This document shows, piece after piece, positions 48,212-58,607 of a stretch of 64,000 nucleotides of DNA (its first letter is position 1; the number at the start of each line of letters is the position of its first letter). Source of the stretch: Treponemataceae bacterium (GTDB taxonomy: Bacteria; Spirochaetota; Spirochaetia; Treponematales; Rectinemataceae); NCBI GenBank assembly GCA_963667725.2, contig CAXXHO010000003.1, positions 1 to 64,000 on the forward strand, read 5' to 3'. The position numbers and the translations under genes were made by a program. The notes below the pieces were generated by a model. That model made no database searches, was not told where the DNA came from, and worked only from the letters and a program-made list of their open reading frames with translations.

Positions 48212-48222
48212 AGGAGAGACCT

Positions 48223-49668
48223 TTGCTGCTGACCGGAGCCATTATCCTTATCTTTCTCGCCCTCAGCGCCGCCTTCTTCCGGCGCTTCAACGTTCCCATG
48301 ATAATCCTGGCCCTGGCGGTCGGCATATTTTTCGGTAGCGACGTTACGGGCATCATCTATTTCGACGATGCCTTCCTCACCCGGAGGCTGGCAGACATAG
48401 CCCTGGTCTTCGTCCTTTTCGCGGGCGGCTACAGCATCAAACGCTCCGATCTCAAACCAATCTTGCTTCCGACCATGACGCTGGCGACCCTCGGCGTCCT
48501 CCTCACCATGATCGTAAGTACCGTCATATTCCATTTTCTGAGCGGCTGGACCTTCTCCCGATCCCTGCTCGTCTCGGCCGTCATATCGTCGACCGACGCC
48601 GCGGCCGTCTTCTCCATTCTGCGAAACAGGTCCCTGCGGAAACGTCCTTCGGCGATCACGGAGATAGAGTCGGCGGCGAACGATCCCATGGCCATCATCT
48701 CGACGACCTTCATCGTCAGGGTAGTCGCCGGCTCCGACATTGAAGTGGGGCGCACGATCCTTCTCTTTCTGTGGCAGTTGGCGGGAGGCGTGGGGATAGG
48801 CCTAGCCATAGGCTGGGCGGGAGTCTGGCTCTTCAGGAAAATCAAGGAAGTCGAAAGCGGATACTATTACATCCTCCTCATCGGCCTCATCCTCGCGAGC
48901 TACGGAGCCGCCGATCTCGTCGGGGCGAGCGGCATGCTCTCGGCCTTTTTCGCGGGCTATCTCTTGGGCAACAGCAAGCTGCCGCTCAAGCAGGCCATTT
49001 CATCCTTCACCGCGACGCTTTCCTTCGTCGCCAACGCCGGTCTCTTCATCCTCCTCGGCCTCCTTATGTTCCCCAGGAGCCTGGGGCTGGTCTGGAACCA
49101 GGGACTTCTCATCTTCATCATCCTTTCCTTCATAGCGCGACCAGTCGCCGTCTTCCTGTGTACGATGTTCATGAAAATTCCCTTCAAGGAAAAAATCTTC
49201 CTGAGTTGGAGCGGCATCCGCGGCTCAGTCCCCATCGTCCTCGCGACCTACCCGGCCGCGGCAGGCCTGGACCCGGATCGCCAGATCTTGAACATCATCT
49301 TTCTGGCCGTAACCCTGTCGATTCTCATCCAGGGCACGACGATCGGCAAGCTCGCCGAACTTCTCGGGCTCAGCGCGAAGGAACAGCCGAAGGCCAAGCA
49401 GAAAATGGAGCTCGTGACGGTCCACGATACGAAATACGAACTGGTGGAGCTCTTCATCGACGGCGACCTTTATAGGGGCGAAGCCTCGCTCTCGAAACTG
49501 GAGCTGCCCTCCGATGTCGCCATCACGATGATCGCGCGCAAGGAAAGGATCATCGCTCCCCGCGGAAACACGGTCATAAGGCCGGGCGATATCCTCACGA
49601 TCCTGGTCGAGGAAGAGAAGGTGAGAGAGGTTGCCGACAGCATTCTTTCGCGTTTCCAGAAGCATTGA
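48223..49668 (+). CDS. K+/H+ antiporter (NhaP2/CvrA-like) with TrkA-C domain
   Basis: SSTDAAAVF, ESAANDPMA, GIRGSVPIVLA, PRGNTVIRPGD. Confidence 0.92.
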   Translation: MLLTGAIILIFLALSAAFFRRFNVPMIILALAVGIFFGSDVTGIIYFDDAFLTRRLADIALVFVLFAGGYSIKRSDLKPILLPTMTLATLGVLLTMIVSTVIFHFLSGWTFSRSLLVSAVISSTDAAAVFSILRNRSLRKRPSAITEIESAANDPMAIISTTFIVRVVAGSDIEVGRTILLFLWQLAGGVGIGLAIGWAGVWLFRKIKEVESGYYYILLIGLILASYGAADLVGASGMLSAFFAGYLLGNSKLPLKQAISSFTATLSFVANAGLFILLGLLMFPRSLGLVWNQGLLIFIILSFIARPVAVFLCTMFMKIPFKEKIFLSWSGIRGSVPIVLATYPAAAGLDPDRQILNIIFLAVTLSILIQGTTIGKLAELLGLSAKEQPKAKQKMELVTVHDTKYELVELFIDGDLYRGEASLSKLELPSDVAITMIARKERIIAPRGNTVIRPGDILTILVEEEKVREVADSILSRFQKH

Positions 49669-49767
49669 AGCCTCGTGGAGCACATTACAGCTAAACCTAT
49701 ATAAAGAGACGCCCTCTATATCTCCGTAATAGTAGTTTTTAATATGAGTTTATCTATAGAATATTAT

Positions 49768-49785
49768 TGGTAGGATGACTTGACA
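49768..49785 (+). promoter_or_regulatory. 18-bp motif TGGTAGGATGACTTGACA, copy 1 (candidate FadR operator plus -35)
   Basis: Identical to 53546-53563; in an AT-rich region upstream of the amidohydrolases. Confidence 0.7.
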
Positions 49786-49975
49786 ACCTATCAAAAGGAT
49801 TTAATAATACCTTATCCCACAGTATTACAGGAGGGTTTGCTATGGTGTAGTAAACAATTTTCAAGGTAATCGTACATGTCTTTTACGACAGTTCGTTCAA
49901 GCTTAACCATAGGCTTGAAGGATTTAAGTGTAAGTAATTGCTAATGATTATCGCTGGAAAAAAGGAAGGCAGGGC

Positions 49976-51625
49976 ATGAAAAATAGATTTCTTTCAAACT
50001 CAAGGTATTGGCTAGTTATTTCTTTTGTTTTTGCTCTTAATCTCATCGTCACAAATAGCGTATTCGCTCAAAAAGCATGGGGATGCAGTCCCGAAATGAG
50101 CGACATAATGTTGATCAATGGGAACATCCGAACGATGGATTCACAGAACTCTGTCGTTTCGACCTTGTGGATCAAAGACGGGAAAATCGCAGGCACGAGC
50201 GCTATCCCGCAGAAGCCGGGTGTGGCCACCAAAGTCATCGACCTTATGGGGCATACGGTAATTCCAGGCTTGATTGATGACCATATGCATTTCGTTCGGA
50301 CAGGTTTACTGCCTGGCCACGATACCCGGGAGCTCGAGACTGCGTTCACCATTGCTGATGCCCAAACAATCATCAAAAAAGAAGCCGCGGCCCTGTCGAA
50401 GGGAACCTTCATCTCTGCTGTCGGTGGCGTTCACCCGACCCAGTTCGCCGAAAAGCGTTGGCCTAATCTGACAGAACTGGACGAAGCCGCGCCTGATAAT
50501 CCCGTCTATCTATCCCAGTCAAACACAGGCCCCGGACAGGTGAATACTCGGGCGAAAGAATACTTCGCGAGTCTAGGAGTCAATGTTGCGGCGGACGGTG
50601 TGATCAGCACGGCCGAAACCGTAAACATCTGGTATAAACTTCTCGCGCAGCAAAACGCCGCCGACACGAAGGTTCAGCTTCAAAACAACATGGCTTTCGC
50701 CGCGAGCAAAGGGATGACCACAATCGTGGATCTCGGCGGCGCTATTCCCGACGGTGGCTGGCTCGATCCGGCAACGGGTTATGATCCTTTACTCGAGTTG
50801 ATGAGGGCGGGGGAGGTACCCATCCGGCTACGCCTCAATTTGCGGAACCTCGATACCACAGCGGATCTATCTGAACTGAAGGGCACGCTCGATCACGTAT
50901 GGAAAGAATTCGGAAACGACCAGGTGAAGGTCGTCGGCGTGGGTGAATGGCTGATCGCCATGAGCCTCCAGCCTAAAAGTCCTCTTCCCGAATTCTACGA
51001 AGACGCGGTTCGGATGGTCGCTCAGCGAGGGTGGATCTATGACCAACATATGATCAACCTTAGCCAACAGAAAGCTCATCTGGATATATGGGAGAAAGTG
51101 AACAAGGATATCCCGCTCGCCAACCTTCATTGGATGCTCGCGCACGCCTATGGTATCGATCAAGAGACAATCCTGAGGGCAAAAGCGCTGGGCGTCGGTA
51201 TCGGCGCGCATAGTACCGCTTACTACGGCGGAAAACCAGCAGTAAATGGTAATCCTCCCTTCCGTAAGATTATCGATAGCGGTATCCAGGTCGGAGGAGG
51301 TTCTGACGGAGCCCGAATCGGTGTCATGAATCCCTGGTTAAGTATCTACTACATGGTCACTGGCAAGAATTGCGGTGGCGACCTTATCAACCCCGGCCAA
51401 ACCATCTCCAGAGAGGAAGCCATCCGTCTGTGGACGGCGAACCAGGGTTGGTTCACAAAGGAAGAGGACAAGCTGGGTTCGCTCGAGGTAGGCAAGTTCG
51501 CCGACATCGCTGTTCTGAGTGAGGATTTCTTTGATCAGAACAAGGTGTCGGACCAGGATATCAGAAACCTCAAGTCCGTTCTCACGATTGTCGGAGGCAA
51601 GATAGTCCATAACGAGTGTTTCTGA
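49976..51625 (+). CDS. Secreted amidohydrolase (YtcJ/Amidohydro_3-like), paralog 1
   Basis: Signal peptide; PGLIDDHMH; GSDG; GSLEVGKFADIAVLS; LTIVGGKIV. Confidence 0.9.
   Translation: MKNRFLSNSRYWLVISFVFALNLIVTNSVFAQKAWGCSPEMSDIMLINGNIRTMDSQNSVVSTLWIKDGKIAGTSAIPQKPGVATKVIDLMGHTVIPGLIDDHMHFVRTGLLPGHDTRELETAFTIADAQTIIKKEAAALSKGTFISAVGGVHPTQFAEKRWPNLTELDEAAPDNPVYLSQSNTGPGQVNTRAKEYFASLGVNVAADGVISTAETVNIWYKLLAQQNAADTKVQLQNNMAFAASKGMTTIVDLGGAIPDGGWLDPATGYDPLLELMRAGEVPIRLRLNLRNLDTTADLSELKGTLDHVWKEFGNDQVKVVGVGEWLIAMSLQPKSPLPEFYEDAVRMVAQRGWIYDQHMINLSQQKAHLDIWEKVNKDIPLANLHWMLAHAYGIDQETILRAKALGVGIGAHSTAYYGGKPAVNGNPPFRKIIDSGIQVGGGSDGARIGVMNPWLSIYYMVTGKNCGGDLINPGQTISREEAIRLWTANQGWFTKEEDKLGSLEVGKFADIAVLSEDFFDQNKVSDQDIRNLKSVLTIVGGKIVHNECF
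51362..51603 (+). repeat. 242-bp exact direct repeat, copy 1
   Basis: Read base by base as identical to 53197-53438. Confidence 0.9.
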
Positions 51626-51810
51626 TTCAATAAAATCGCTTATCGCTTCCTGCCGGCATTATGTCGGCAAGACACTGCACCTGCCATATAAACGGCTAAG
51701 TGGGTGAAAAAGAACGTTGGGGAATGAAGCATTCGTGTGTATTTGATACGGATCTATGGATCGCTTGATGCGATACCTGGGAAAATTGCATTTCGAAAAG
51801 GAGAGCTGTT

Positions 51811-53460
51811 ATGAAACGCAGATTTCATTCAGGCATACGAGTTAAATTAATTTTTTGTTGTTTCCTTTTTGCTGGTATCTGTGCAGTAAATAGCGCATTT
51901 GCGCAAAAAACCTGGGGTTGCAGCCCTGAGATGAGCGATATAATGCTGATCAACGGAAAGATCTGGACGATGGATTCCCAGAATTCAATTGTATCGACTC
52001 TCTGGATCAAAGACGGGAAGATAGCCGGCACAAGCGCGAGCCCGCAGAAACCGGGCATCGCCACCAAGGTTATCGATTTGATGGGGCACACCGCAATTCC
52101 TGGGCTGATAGATGATCATATGCACTTTGTCCGGACGGGCCTCCTTCCTGGGCACGACACGAGAAAACTCGAGACTGCCTTCTCGATAGCCGACGTCCAG
52201 CGTATAATCAAGGCAGAAGCCGTCAGCCTGCCCAAGGGGACCTTTATAACGGCTATCGGCGGCATCCATCCCACCCAGTTCGCCGAAAAACGTCTGCCTA
52301 ACCTGAAGGAGTTGGATGAGGCTGCCTTCGACAACCCCGTCTACCTATCCCTATCCAATACCGGCCCCGGACAGGTGAACAGCAAGGCCAAGGAGTACTT
52401 CGCCAGCCAGGGGATCAACGTCGCGGAGAACGGAGTGATCAGCGCGGCCGAAACGGTCAGCATCTGGTACAAGCTCCTCGCTCAACATACCGCTGCGGAC
52501 ACGAAGCTCCAGCTCGAAAACAACATGGATTTCGCAGCCAGTAAAGGGCTCACCACGATCATGGACCTCGGCGGCGCTATCCCCGACGGCGGCTGGCTAG
52601 ACCCAGCCTCAGGCTACGATCCTCTCCTCGATCTGATGAGGGAGGATAAGATGCCCATACGGCTCCGCCTTAGCCTCAGGAACCTCGACACAACCGCGGA
52701 CCTCTCCGAGCTGAAGGGTACTCTCGACCATGTATGGAAGGAGTTCGGAAACGATCAGCTGAAGGTAATCGGTGCAGGTGAATGGCTTGTGGGGATAACA
52801 CTGCACTCGCAGATACCCCTTCCTTCATTTTATGAGGACGCGGTCCGGATGGTGGCGCAGCGCGGATGGGTCTACGACCAGCACATGATCAACAAAGCTC
52901 AGGCGGACGCTCATCTGGATATCTGGGAGAAGGTAAACAAGGATATCCCCATTGCCGATCTGCACTGGAAAATCGCCCATGGTAACGGCATGGATCCAGA
53001 GCTTATCGCGAGGGCAAAGGCGTTGGGCGTCGGCGTCGGCGCGCACAGCTGGACATATCTCGGCGGGAAGCCGACGGGAACGGGCAATCCTCCCTTCCGC
53101 ACGTTGATCGATAGCGGTATCCAGGTTGGAGGCGGTTCGGATGGGGCACGAATTGGTGTTATGAACCCATGGCTCAACATCTACTACATGGTAACCGGCA
53201 AGAATTGCGGTGGCGACCTTATCAACCCCGGCCAAACCATCTCCAGAGAGGAAGCCATCCGTCTGTGGACGGCGAACCAGGGTTGGTTCACAAAGGAAGA
53301 GGACAAGCTGGGTTCGCTCGAGGTAGGCAAGTTCGCCGACATCGCTGTTCTGAGTGAGGATTTCTTTGATCAGAACAAGGTGTCGGACCAGGATATCAGA
53401 AACCTCAAGTCCGTTCTCACGATTGTCGGAGGCAAGATCATCCACAACGAGAGCTTCTAA
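51811..53460 (+). CDS. Secreted amidohydrolase, paralog 2
   Basis: Same motifs and length (549 aa) as paralog 1. Confidence 0.9.
   Translation: MKRRFHSGIRVKLIFCCFLFAGICAVNSAFAQKTWGCSPEMSDIMLINGKIWTMDSQNSIVSTLWIKDGKIAGTSASPQKPGIATKVIDLMGHTAIPGLIDDHMHFVRTGLLPGHDTRKLETAFSIADVQRIIKAEAVSLPKGTFITAIGGIHPTQFAEKRLPNLKELDEAAFDNPVYLSLSNTGPGQVNSKAKEYFASQGINVAENGVISAAETVSIWYKLLAQHTAADTKLQLENNMDFAASKGLTTIMDLGGAIPDGGWLDPASGYDPLLDLMREDKMPIRLRLSLRNLDTTADLSELKGTLDHVWKEFGNDQLKVIGAGEWLVGITLHSQIPLPSFYEDAVRMVAQRGWVYDQHMINKAQADAHLDIWEKVNKDIPIADLHWKIAHGNGMDPELIARAKALGVGVGAHSWTYLGGKPTGTGNPPFRTLIDSGIQVGGGSDGARIGVMNPWLNIYYMVTGKNCGGDLINPGQTISREEAIRLWTANQGWFTKEEDKLGSLEVGKFADIAVLSEDFFDQNKVSDQDIRNLKSVLTIVGGKIIHNESF
53197..53438 (+). 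repeat. 242-bp exact direct repeat, copy 2
   Basis: Identical to 51362-51603; offset 1835 bp. Confidence 0.9.
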
Positions 53461-53545
53461 TTCCTGGAAACGCAAGTCGCGTCTCACCGGACTCTTTAAC
53501 AGCGAGGCGCGGCTCGCCTAATGAGCCGTTCGATTGAAACATCAG

Positions 53546-53587
53546 TGGTAGGATGACTTGACATTGATGGAAGATGGTTTGTAAAAT
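53546..53587 (+). promoter_or_regulatory. 18-bp motif copy 2 plus promoter
   Basis: TGGTAGGATGACTTGACA at 53546-53563; TTGACA-18-TAAAAT. Confidence 0.7.
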
Positions 53588-53613
53588 ATGATATATTCTT
53601 GAGGAGGTATTGC

Positions 53614-54537
53614 GTGAAAAAGCTTGTAGTAATCGCTATAATCGTTGCGTTCATTGCTTCGCCGACGTTCGGCCAGAAAAAGACCGAACTTCTCATGGGC
53701 ACGGCCAGCATGGGCGGCGCTTTCTACCCGGTAGGGCAGGGCATCGCCAACCTGGTTTCCAAATATTCGGGCAGTTACGCCATGGTTCCCGTCGTAACCG
53801 GCGGCGCGGTTGAAAATCCCCGGCTTATCGCCTCGGGCGATGTCGATATCGCCATCACCAACGCGAATATCGCCTATTTCGCCTATGCGGGCACCGATCC
53901 TTTCACCAAGAAACTCGACATCGCTTGCGTGGCGAGCCTCTATCCGAGCGTCCTGCATATGGCGGTCCCCGCGAAGTCGTCCATCAACGATTTCGGCGAC
54001 CTCAAGGGCAAGCGCGTCGCGGTTGGCCCAGCCGGCGGCGGCACTCTCGATATCCTGAAAGTCCTCCTCGAGGAATACGGCATGACCATGAAGGACATCA
54101 CGCCGAGCTACCTCGCCTATGGCGACGGCTTCAGCGAAATGTCCGACGGCAACGTGGACGCGGCCTTCGCCCTCTCCGGCTATCCCGCCTCCGCCGTCAT
54201 GCAGACCGTGGCGACCAGCGAGATCAAGTTCATCGAGATCCAGCCAGCCAAATTCGCTTCCATCATGAAGAAATACCCCTATTACACCGATATCACGGTT
54301 AGCAAGGAAACCTACAAGACCAAGAAAGACACGGTGATGGTGGGCGTGCAGAACGTGCTCATCGTGAAGAAGAATTTCTCCGAGGACGCCGTCTACAAGA
54401 TCACCAAGGCGCTGTTCGACAATCTGCCCGAATTCGCCGCGGCCAACGCCAACGCCAAGCAGATTGACATCAAGAAGGCCGCCCAGGTGCCGGTGCCTCT
54501 CCATGCCGGCGCCGAAAAGTACTTCGCCGGAAAATAG
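53614..54537 (+). CDS. TAXI family TRAP transporter solute-binding protein
   Basis: GTASMGGAFYPVG, TGGAVEN, PLHAGAEKYF; GAGGAGG SD. Confidence 0.93.
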   Translation: MKKLVVIAIIVAFIASPTFGQKKTELLMGTASMGGAFYPVGQGIANLVSKYSGSYAMVPVVTGGAVENPRLIASGDVDIAITNANIAYFAYAGTDPFTKKLDIACVASLYPSVLHMAVPAKSSINDFGDLKGKRVAVGPAGGGTLDILKVLLEEYGMTMKDITPSYLAYGDGFSEMSDGNVDAAFALSGYPASAVMQTVATSEIKFIEIQPAKFASIMKKYPYYTDITVSKETYKTKKDTVMVGVQNVLIVKKNFSEDAVYKITKALFDNLPEFAAANANAKQIDIKKAAQVPVPLHAGAEKYFAGK

Positions 54538-54680
54538 CCGAACCGACTCAATCCTTCGGATGAGCGACCGGCGAGACTATGCTTAGTTTTGCCGATCGCC
54601 TTTCGAGCTGGTCCTCCCGCGGAACGGCAGGCCTAGTGCCCGTTCCGCACTCTTTCAAAAATCGCTTTCAGGAGTCTTTC

Positions 54681-56576
54681 ATGCAAGAAGCTTCAGGATT
54701 CAAGAAGACCTTGAGTACTGTGGTGGCGGCGCTCTGCGTCGTCATCGGAGCATTCCACGTGCTCAACGTGTCCGGGCTTATCGTCCTTTCGACAATGATA
54801 GTGAGAATCGTCCATATCGCCTTTATGATGACGATCGCCTTCCTCAGTTTTCCCATCGGGAAAAAGAGTTCGGGCAGCAAGCTCGACCACGCCTCCAGGC
54901 TGGTGATGGCCGCGCTGACCATAGCGGGAAGCCTCTACATGCTCCTGCGCTGGGAAGATATCGCCAACACGGGGGGCATGACCTCCTCGGCTGACGCGAT
55001 AATCGGCCTCATCATGATCCTCGTCGTGCTGGAAGCCACCCGCCGCAGCGTAGGCATGGCGCTGGCGATCATCTGCACGGTCTTTCTCGTCTATCCCTTT
55101 GTCGGCCCATTCCTCCCTGGGATGCTGCATACGAGAGCGATCAGCCTCCAGAGAATTTTCACCTTCCTGTTCACCACGAGCGAAGGCATCTACGGCATTC
55201 CCATCGGCGTCTCGGCCACCTACATCGTGCTGTTCTGCGTATACGGCTCGTTTCTCAGCGAGTTCGGAGCGGGCGATTTCTTCTATGCCGTCGCCAAGAA
55301 AGTAACGAAGAACCTTCTCGCCGCCTCAGCCAAGACAGCGGTTATTTTCTCCACGCTGATCGGCATGATCTCCGGCTCGGCAGCCGGAAACGTGGCCGTG
55401 GCCGGCGTCTTCACGATTCCTTGGATGAAGAAGGAAGGCTATAAGGACTACGAAGCGGGAGCCATAGAAGCCCTCGTGTCCACCGGCGGACAGATAATGC
55501 CTCCTGTCATGGGCGCCGCCGCCTTCATCATGGCCGAAATCCTCGGCCTCCCCTATACGAATATCATGAAGGCGGCCATCATACCCGCTCTTCTTTTCTT
55601 CGCTTCCACCTTCATCATCGTCCATCTTCTCGCGAAGAAATACGGGCTTCAGGCTAAAAAGGAAGAAGAGCTGGCCGCCGACGCGAAAAAAGAGAAAGTA
55701 AGTCTTCTTGAGGGCGGCATTCACTTCCTCATTCCCTTCACCACCCTCCTTGTCATGATGTTCATGAACTTCTCGCCCTTCAAGGCCGCGTTCTGGTCCA
55801 TCCTCGCCCTTCTCGCGGTGAACATCGTCTGGAACCGAAAGATCGACAGGAAATTCGTGGATAAAATCATTCGATCGCTGAAGGACGGCGCCAAGGCCAC
55901 CGTGCCTCTCGCCATCGCATGCGCGGCCGCCGGCATCATCTCTGGCGTGCTCTCTGTCACAGGTCTCGGCTCCAAGCTCTCCACCATGATCGTGACGCTG
56001 TCCATGGGCGTGCCCTTCCTCGCCCTGTTGTTCACGGCGATCGTGGCGATCATCCTGGGCATGGGCCTTCCTACCACTGCCGCCTACCTCATCCTGGCCA
56101 CGGTCGTCACGCCCGCGCTTACCCAGATGGGCATTTCTCCGCTCACGGCTCATATGTTCGTTTTCTTCTATGGCTGCCTTTCCACGATCACGCCGCCGGT
56201 GGCGCTTGCCTCCTATGTGGCGGCGGGCATCGCTGGCGCCGATATCAATAAAGTGGGCTGGACCGCCTTCCGCTATGGCCTCACTACCTTTATTCTTCCC
56301 TTCATGTTCGTGTACGGACCAGCTCTGTTGATGGAAGGTTCGGCCATGGAGATAATCTGGACGGTCATCATCAGCCTCTTTGGCGTCTACGTCATCGCCT
56401 CGGGGCTCGTGGGATACCTCAAGGGACCCATCTCTGTCTGGATGCGCGTCTTGCTCTTCGTTGGAGGCGCCTGTATGGTGGCCGAAGGCTTGGTCACCGA
56501 TGTGATCGGCGCCGCGATTTTCGCCGCCTGTCTGCTGTTCGTAAACCTGCAGACAAAGAAACGAAAGATAGCATAA
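54681..56576 (+). CDS. TRAP transporter fused (4TM/12TM) permease
   Basis: STGGQIMPPVMGAAAF, GMGLPTTAAY, ITPPVALAS. Confidence 0.93.
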   Translation: MQEASGFKKTLSTVVAALCVVIGAFHVLNVSGLIVLSTMIVRIVHIAFMMTIAFLSFPIGKKSSGSKLDHASRLVMAALTIAGSLYMLLRWEDIANTGGMTSSADAIIGLIMILVVLEATRRSVGMALAIICTVFLVYPFVGPFLPGMLHTRAISLQRIFTFLFTTSEGIYGIPIGVSATYIVLFCVYGSFLSEFGAGDFFYAVAKKVTKNLLAASAKTAVIFSTLIGMISGSAAGNVAVAGVFTIPWMKKEGYKDYEAGAIEALVSTGGQIMPPVMGAAAFIMAEILGLPYTNIMKAAIIPALLFFASTFIIVHLLAKKYGLQAKKEEELAADAKKEKVSLLEGGIHFLIPFTTLLVMMFMNFSPFKAAFWSILALLAVNIVWNRKIDRKFVDKIIRSLKDGAKATVPLAIACAAAGIISGVLSVTGLGSKLSTMIVTLSMGVPFLALLFTAIVAIILGMGLPTTAAYLILATVVTPALTQMGISPLTAHMFVFFYGCLSTITPPVALASYVAAGIAGADINKVGWTAFRYGLTTFILPFMFVYGPALLMEGSAMEIIWTVIISLFGVYVIASGLVGYLKGPISVWMRVLLFVGGACMVAEGLVTDVIGAAIFAACLLFVNLQTKKRKIA

Positions 56577-56614
56577 GCTATTCAAGAAGTTCGGCGGTGA
56601 AGCAAGGAGGGGCT

Positions 56615-57337
56615 GTGCGTATTGAGCCAATTGTTAGAGTATCGGTTGTAGAGCAAGCTCTTGATAAGATATATGATCTCATCATAGCCCAGGACCTGAA
56701 GACAAACGATCGCTTGCCGCCTGAACGCGAGCTTGCAGAGATGCTCGGAATCTCTAGAAATTCTCTGCGCGAGGCCATCAGAGTCCTGGACGTGTTGGGC
56801 ATCATCAGGGTGGACCAGGGCAGCGGCATGGTGATCGATGCCACCAAGGTTTCTAACGCCGTGACTATGCATCTGTCCTTCGCCCTCATGCTCAACAGGG
56901 ATAAATTCAGGGAACTCTTCGAAGCCCGCCTCATTTTCGAAACCGAATGCGCAGGACTCGCCGCCGAACGGGCCACTGATGAAGAGATAGCCGAACTAAA
57001 GGAAGCTTACAGCAAGCTCGTGGCGAACAGGGCGGATAGGGCGAAAGGCATCGAATACGAGCTTTCGCTGCACGCGATAACAGCCAGGGCTGCCCACAAC
57101 ACGGTGCTGGAGAAGATCCTTTCTTCATTGCGCCAAGTCCTCAGGGAAAGCCGCGAACAAACCGTGCCTTCGAGCGGCGTAACGCCGACGACCGTGGAAC
57201 TGCAGGAGAAAATCGTCGACGCGATAAGTAAACATGATAAGGTATTGGCACGAGCGCTGATGTACGAGCATATCGCGGCGGTGGCGGAGCGCGTCAAGAC
57301 AGGCGTTGAAAATGCGGCTACAAAAAAGGGCGGCTGA
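56615..57337 (+). CDS. FadR/GntR family regulator
   Basis: RLPPERELAEMLGISRNSLREA; FCD domain; GTG after AAGGAGG. Confidence 0.93.
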   Translation: MRIEPIVRVSVVEQALDKIYDLIIAQDLKTNDRLPPERELAEMLGISRNSLREAIRVLDVLGIIRVDQGSGMVIDATKVSNAVTMHLSFALMLNRDKFRELFEARLIFETECAGLAAERATDEEIAELKEAYSKLVANRADRAKGIEYELSLHAITARAAHNTVLEKILSSLRQVLRESREQTVPSSGVTPTTVELQEKIVDAISKHDKVLARALMYEHIAAVAERVKTGVENAATKKGG

Positions 57338-57385
57338 ATATATCAATTTACTGGTTTTTAGTATGGCAATATTAGGAGAAATCTC

Positions 57386-58600
57386 ATGAGCGAGCGATAT
57401 AAAAGCGAAGGAAAATATTGGGTGAGTCCCTACAACTTCAAGCCTGAAGTGATGGCCAAGCGCGAACAGCCGGCCAAGGTGCTCATCCACGACGCGACGT
57501 TGCGCGACGGCGAGCAGACGCCGGGCGTCGTCTTCCGCAAGGAAGACAAGGTCCGCATAGCCAAGGCCCTCGATCTCGTGGGCGTCGACAGGATAGAAGC
57601 GGGCATGCCCGCCGTTTCGGAAGAAGATTTCGAGGCTATCGGCGAAATCGTCTCCCTAGGGCTCAAGGCGAAAATATTCACCTTCGCCAGAGCCATGAAG
57701 GAAGACGTGGACAAGGCCGTGGCCTGCGGCGCCGACGGCGTCGTCATCGAGGTGCCGATCGGGTATCCCAAGCTCGTGCACCAGTTCCATTGGACCTGGG
57801 AAGACGTCGTGCGCAAGTCGGCGCCCGTCATCAACTACGCCAAGTCTAAGGGGCTCTACGCGACATTCTTTCCTTACGACACGACGAGGGCTCGGGAAGA
57901 AGACCTGGATGCCATGCTCGACGCCATCATGAGGGAATCGCCTCCCGATTCCATCGGCCTCGTGGACACGATGGGCTGCGCGACGCCCGAAGCCATCGCC
58001 TACCTGACGCGTAAATTCAGGGACATCACCCATCTGCCCGTGGAAATCCATACCCACAACGATTTCGGCATGGCTGTGGCCACCGAGCTGGCCGCCGTGG
58101 GGGCCGGCGCCGCCGTCGTCCATTCCTGCGTGAACGGCCTGGGCGAGAGGACGGGAAACGCCGCCCTCGAAGAACTGATTCTCAGCCTGGACCTTCTCTA
58201 TGGCGCCAACACCGGCTGCGACATCGGTGCCATCAAGGATCTTTCGGAACTCGTGGAAGAACTGAGCGGCATCAGGATCGCGCAGAACAAGCCTGTCGTG
58301 GGCTCGGAGAACTTCACGCGCGAATCGGGCATCGGCGTAAATCTTGTCGTCGAACAGCCCCTCGCCATGTTCGCCACCCATCCGGCCCTCACCGGCAGGA
58401 AGGGCAAGATCGTTCTCGGGAAGAAGAGCGGCAAACCCTCTATTCAGTACAAGCTTAAGGAACTCGAGCTCGGCGATCTGGACGACGCGCAGACCGCTGC
58501 CGTACTCGCCGAAGTAAAGCATCAGGGCAACGAAAAACGCGGCCTTGTCGACGATGAAACGTTCAAGGCGATAGTCGCGGCCGTCCGCGGCGCAAAGTGA
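57386..58600 (+). CDS. DRE-TIM metallolyase (homocitrate/isopropylmalate/citramalate synthase-like, no regulatory domain)
   Basis: DATLRDGEQTPG, HTHNDFGMA, NGLGERTGNA, LGKKSG. Confidence 0.85.
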   Translation: MSERYKSEGKYWVSPYNFKPEVMAKREQPAKVLIHDATLRDGEQTPGVVFRKEDKVRIAKALDLVGVDRIEAGMPAVSEEDFEAIGEIVSLGLKAKIFTFARAMKEDVDKAVACGADGVVIEVPIGYPKLVHQFHWTWEDVVRKSAPVINYAKSKGLYATFFPYDTTRAREEDLDAMLDAIMRESPPDSIGLVDTMGCATPEAIAYLTRKFRDITHLPVEIHTHNDFGMAVATELAAVGAGAAVVHSCVNGLGERTGNAALEELILSLDLLYGANTGCDIGAIKDLSELVEELSGIRIAQNKPVVGSENFTRESGIGVNLVVEQPLAMFATHPALTGRKGKIVLGKKSGKPSIQYKLKELELGDLDDAQTAAVLAEVKHQGNEKRGLVDDETFKAIVAAVRGAK

Positions 58601-58607
58601 GGTTCGC

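Noticed and set aside
51362..53438. Repeat pair as a diversity-generating retroelement TR/VR
   Set aside because: The copies are identical with no adenine-specific mismatches, both are coding, and no reverse transcriptase is present.
57386..58600. nifV or leuA assignment
   Set aside because: There are no nif or leu neighbours and no LeuA regulatory domain, so only a family-level call is supportable.
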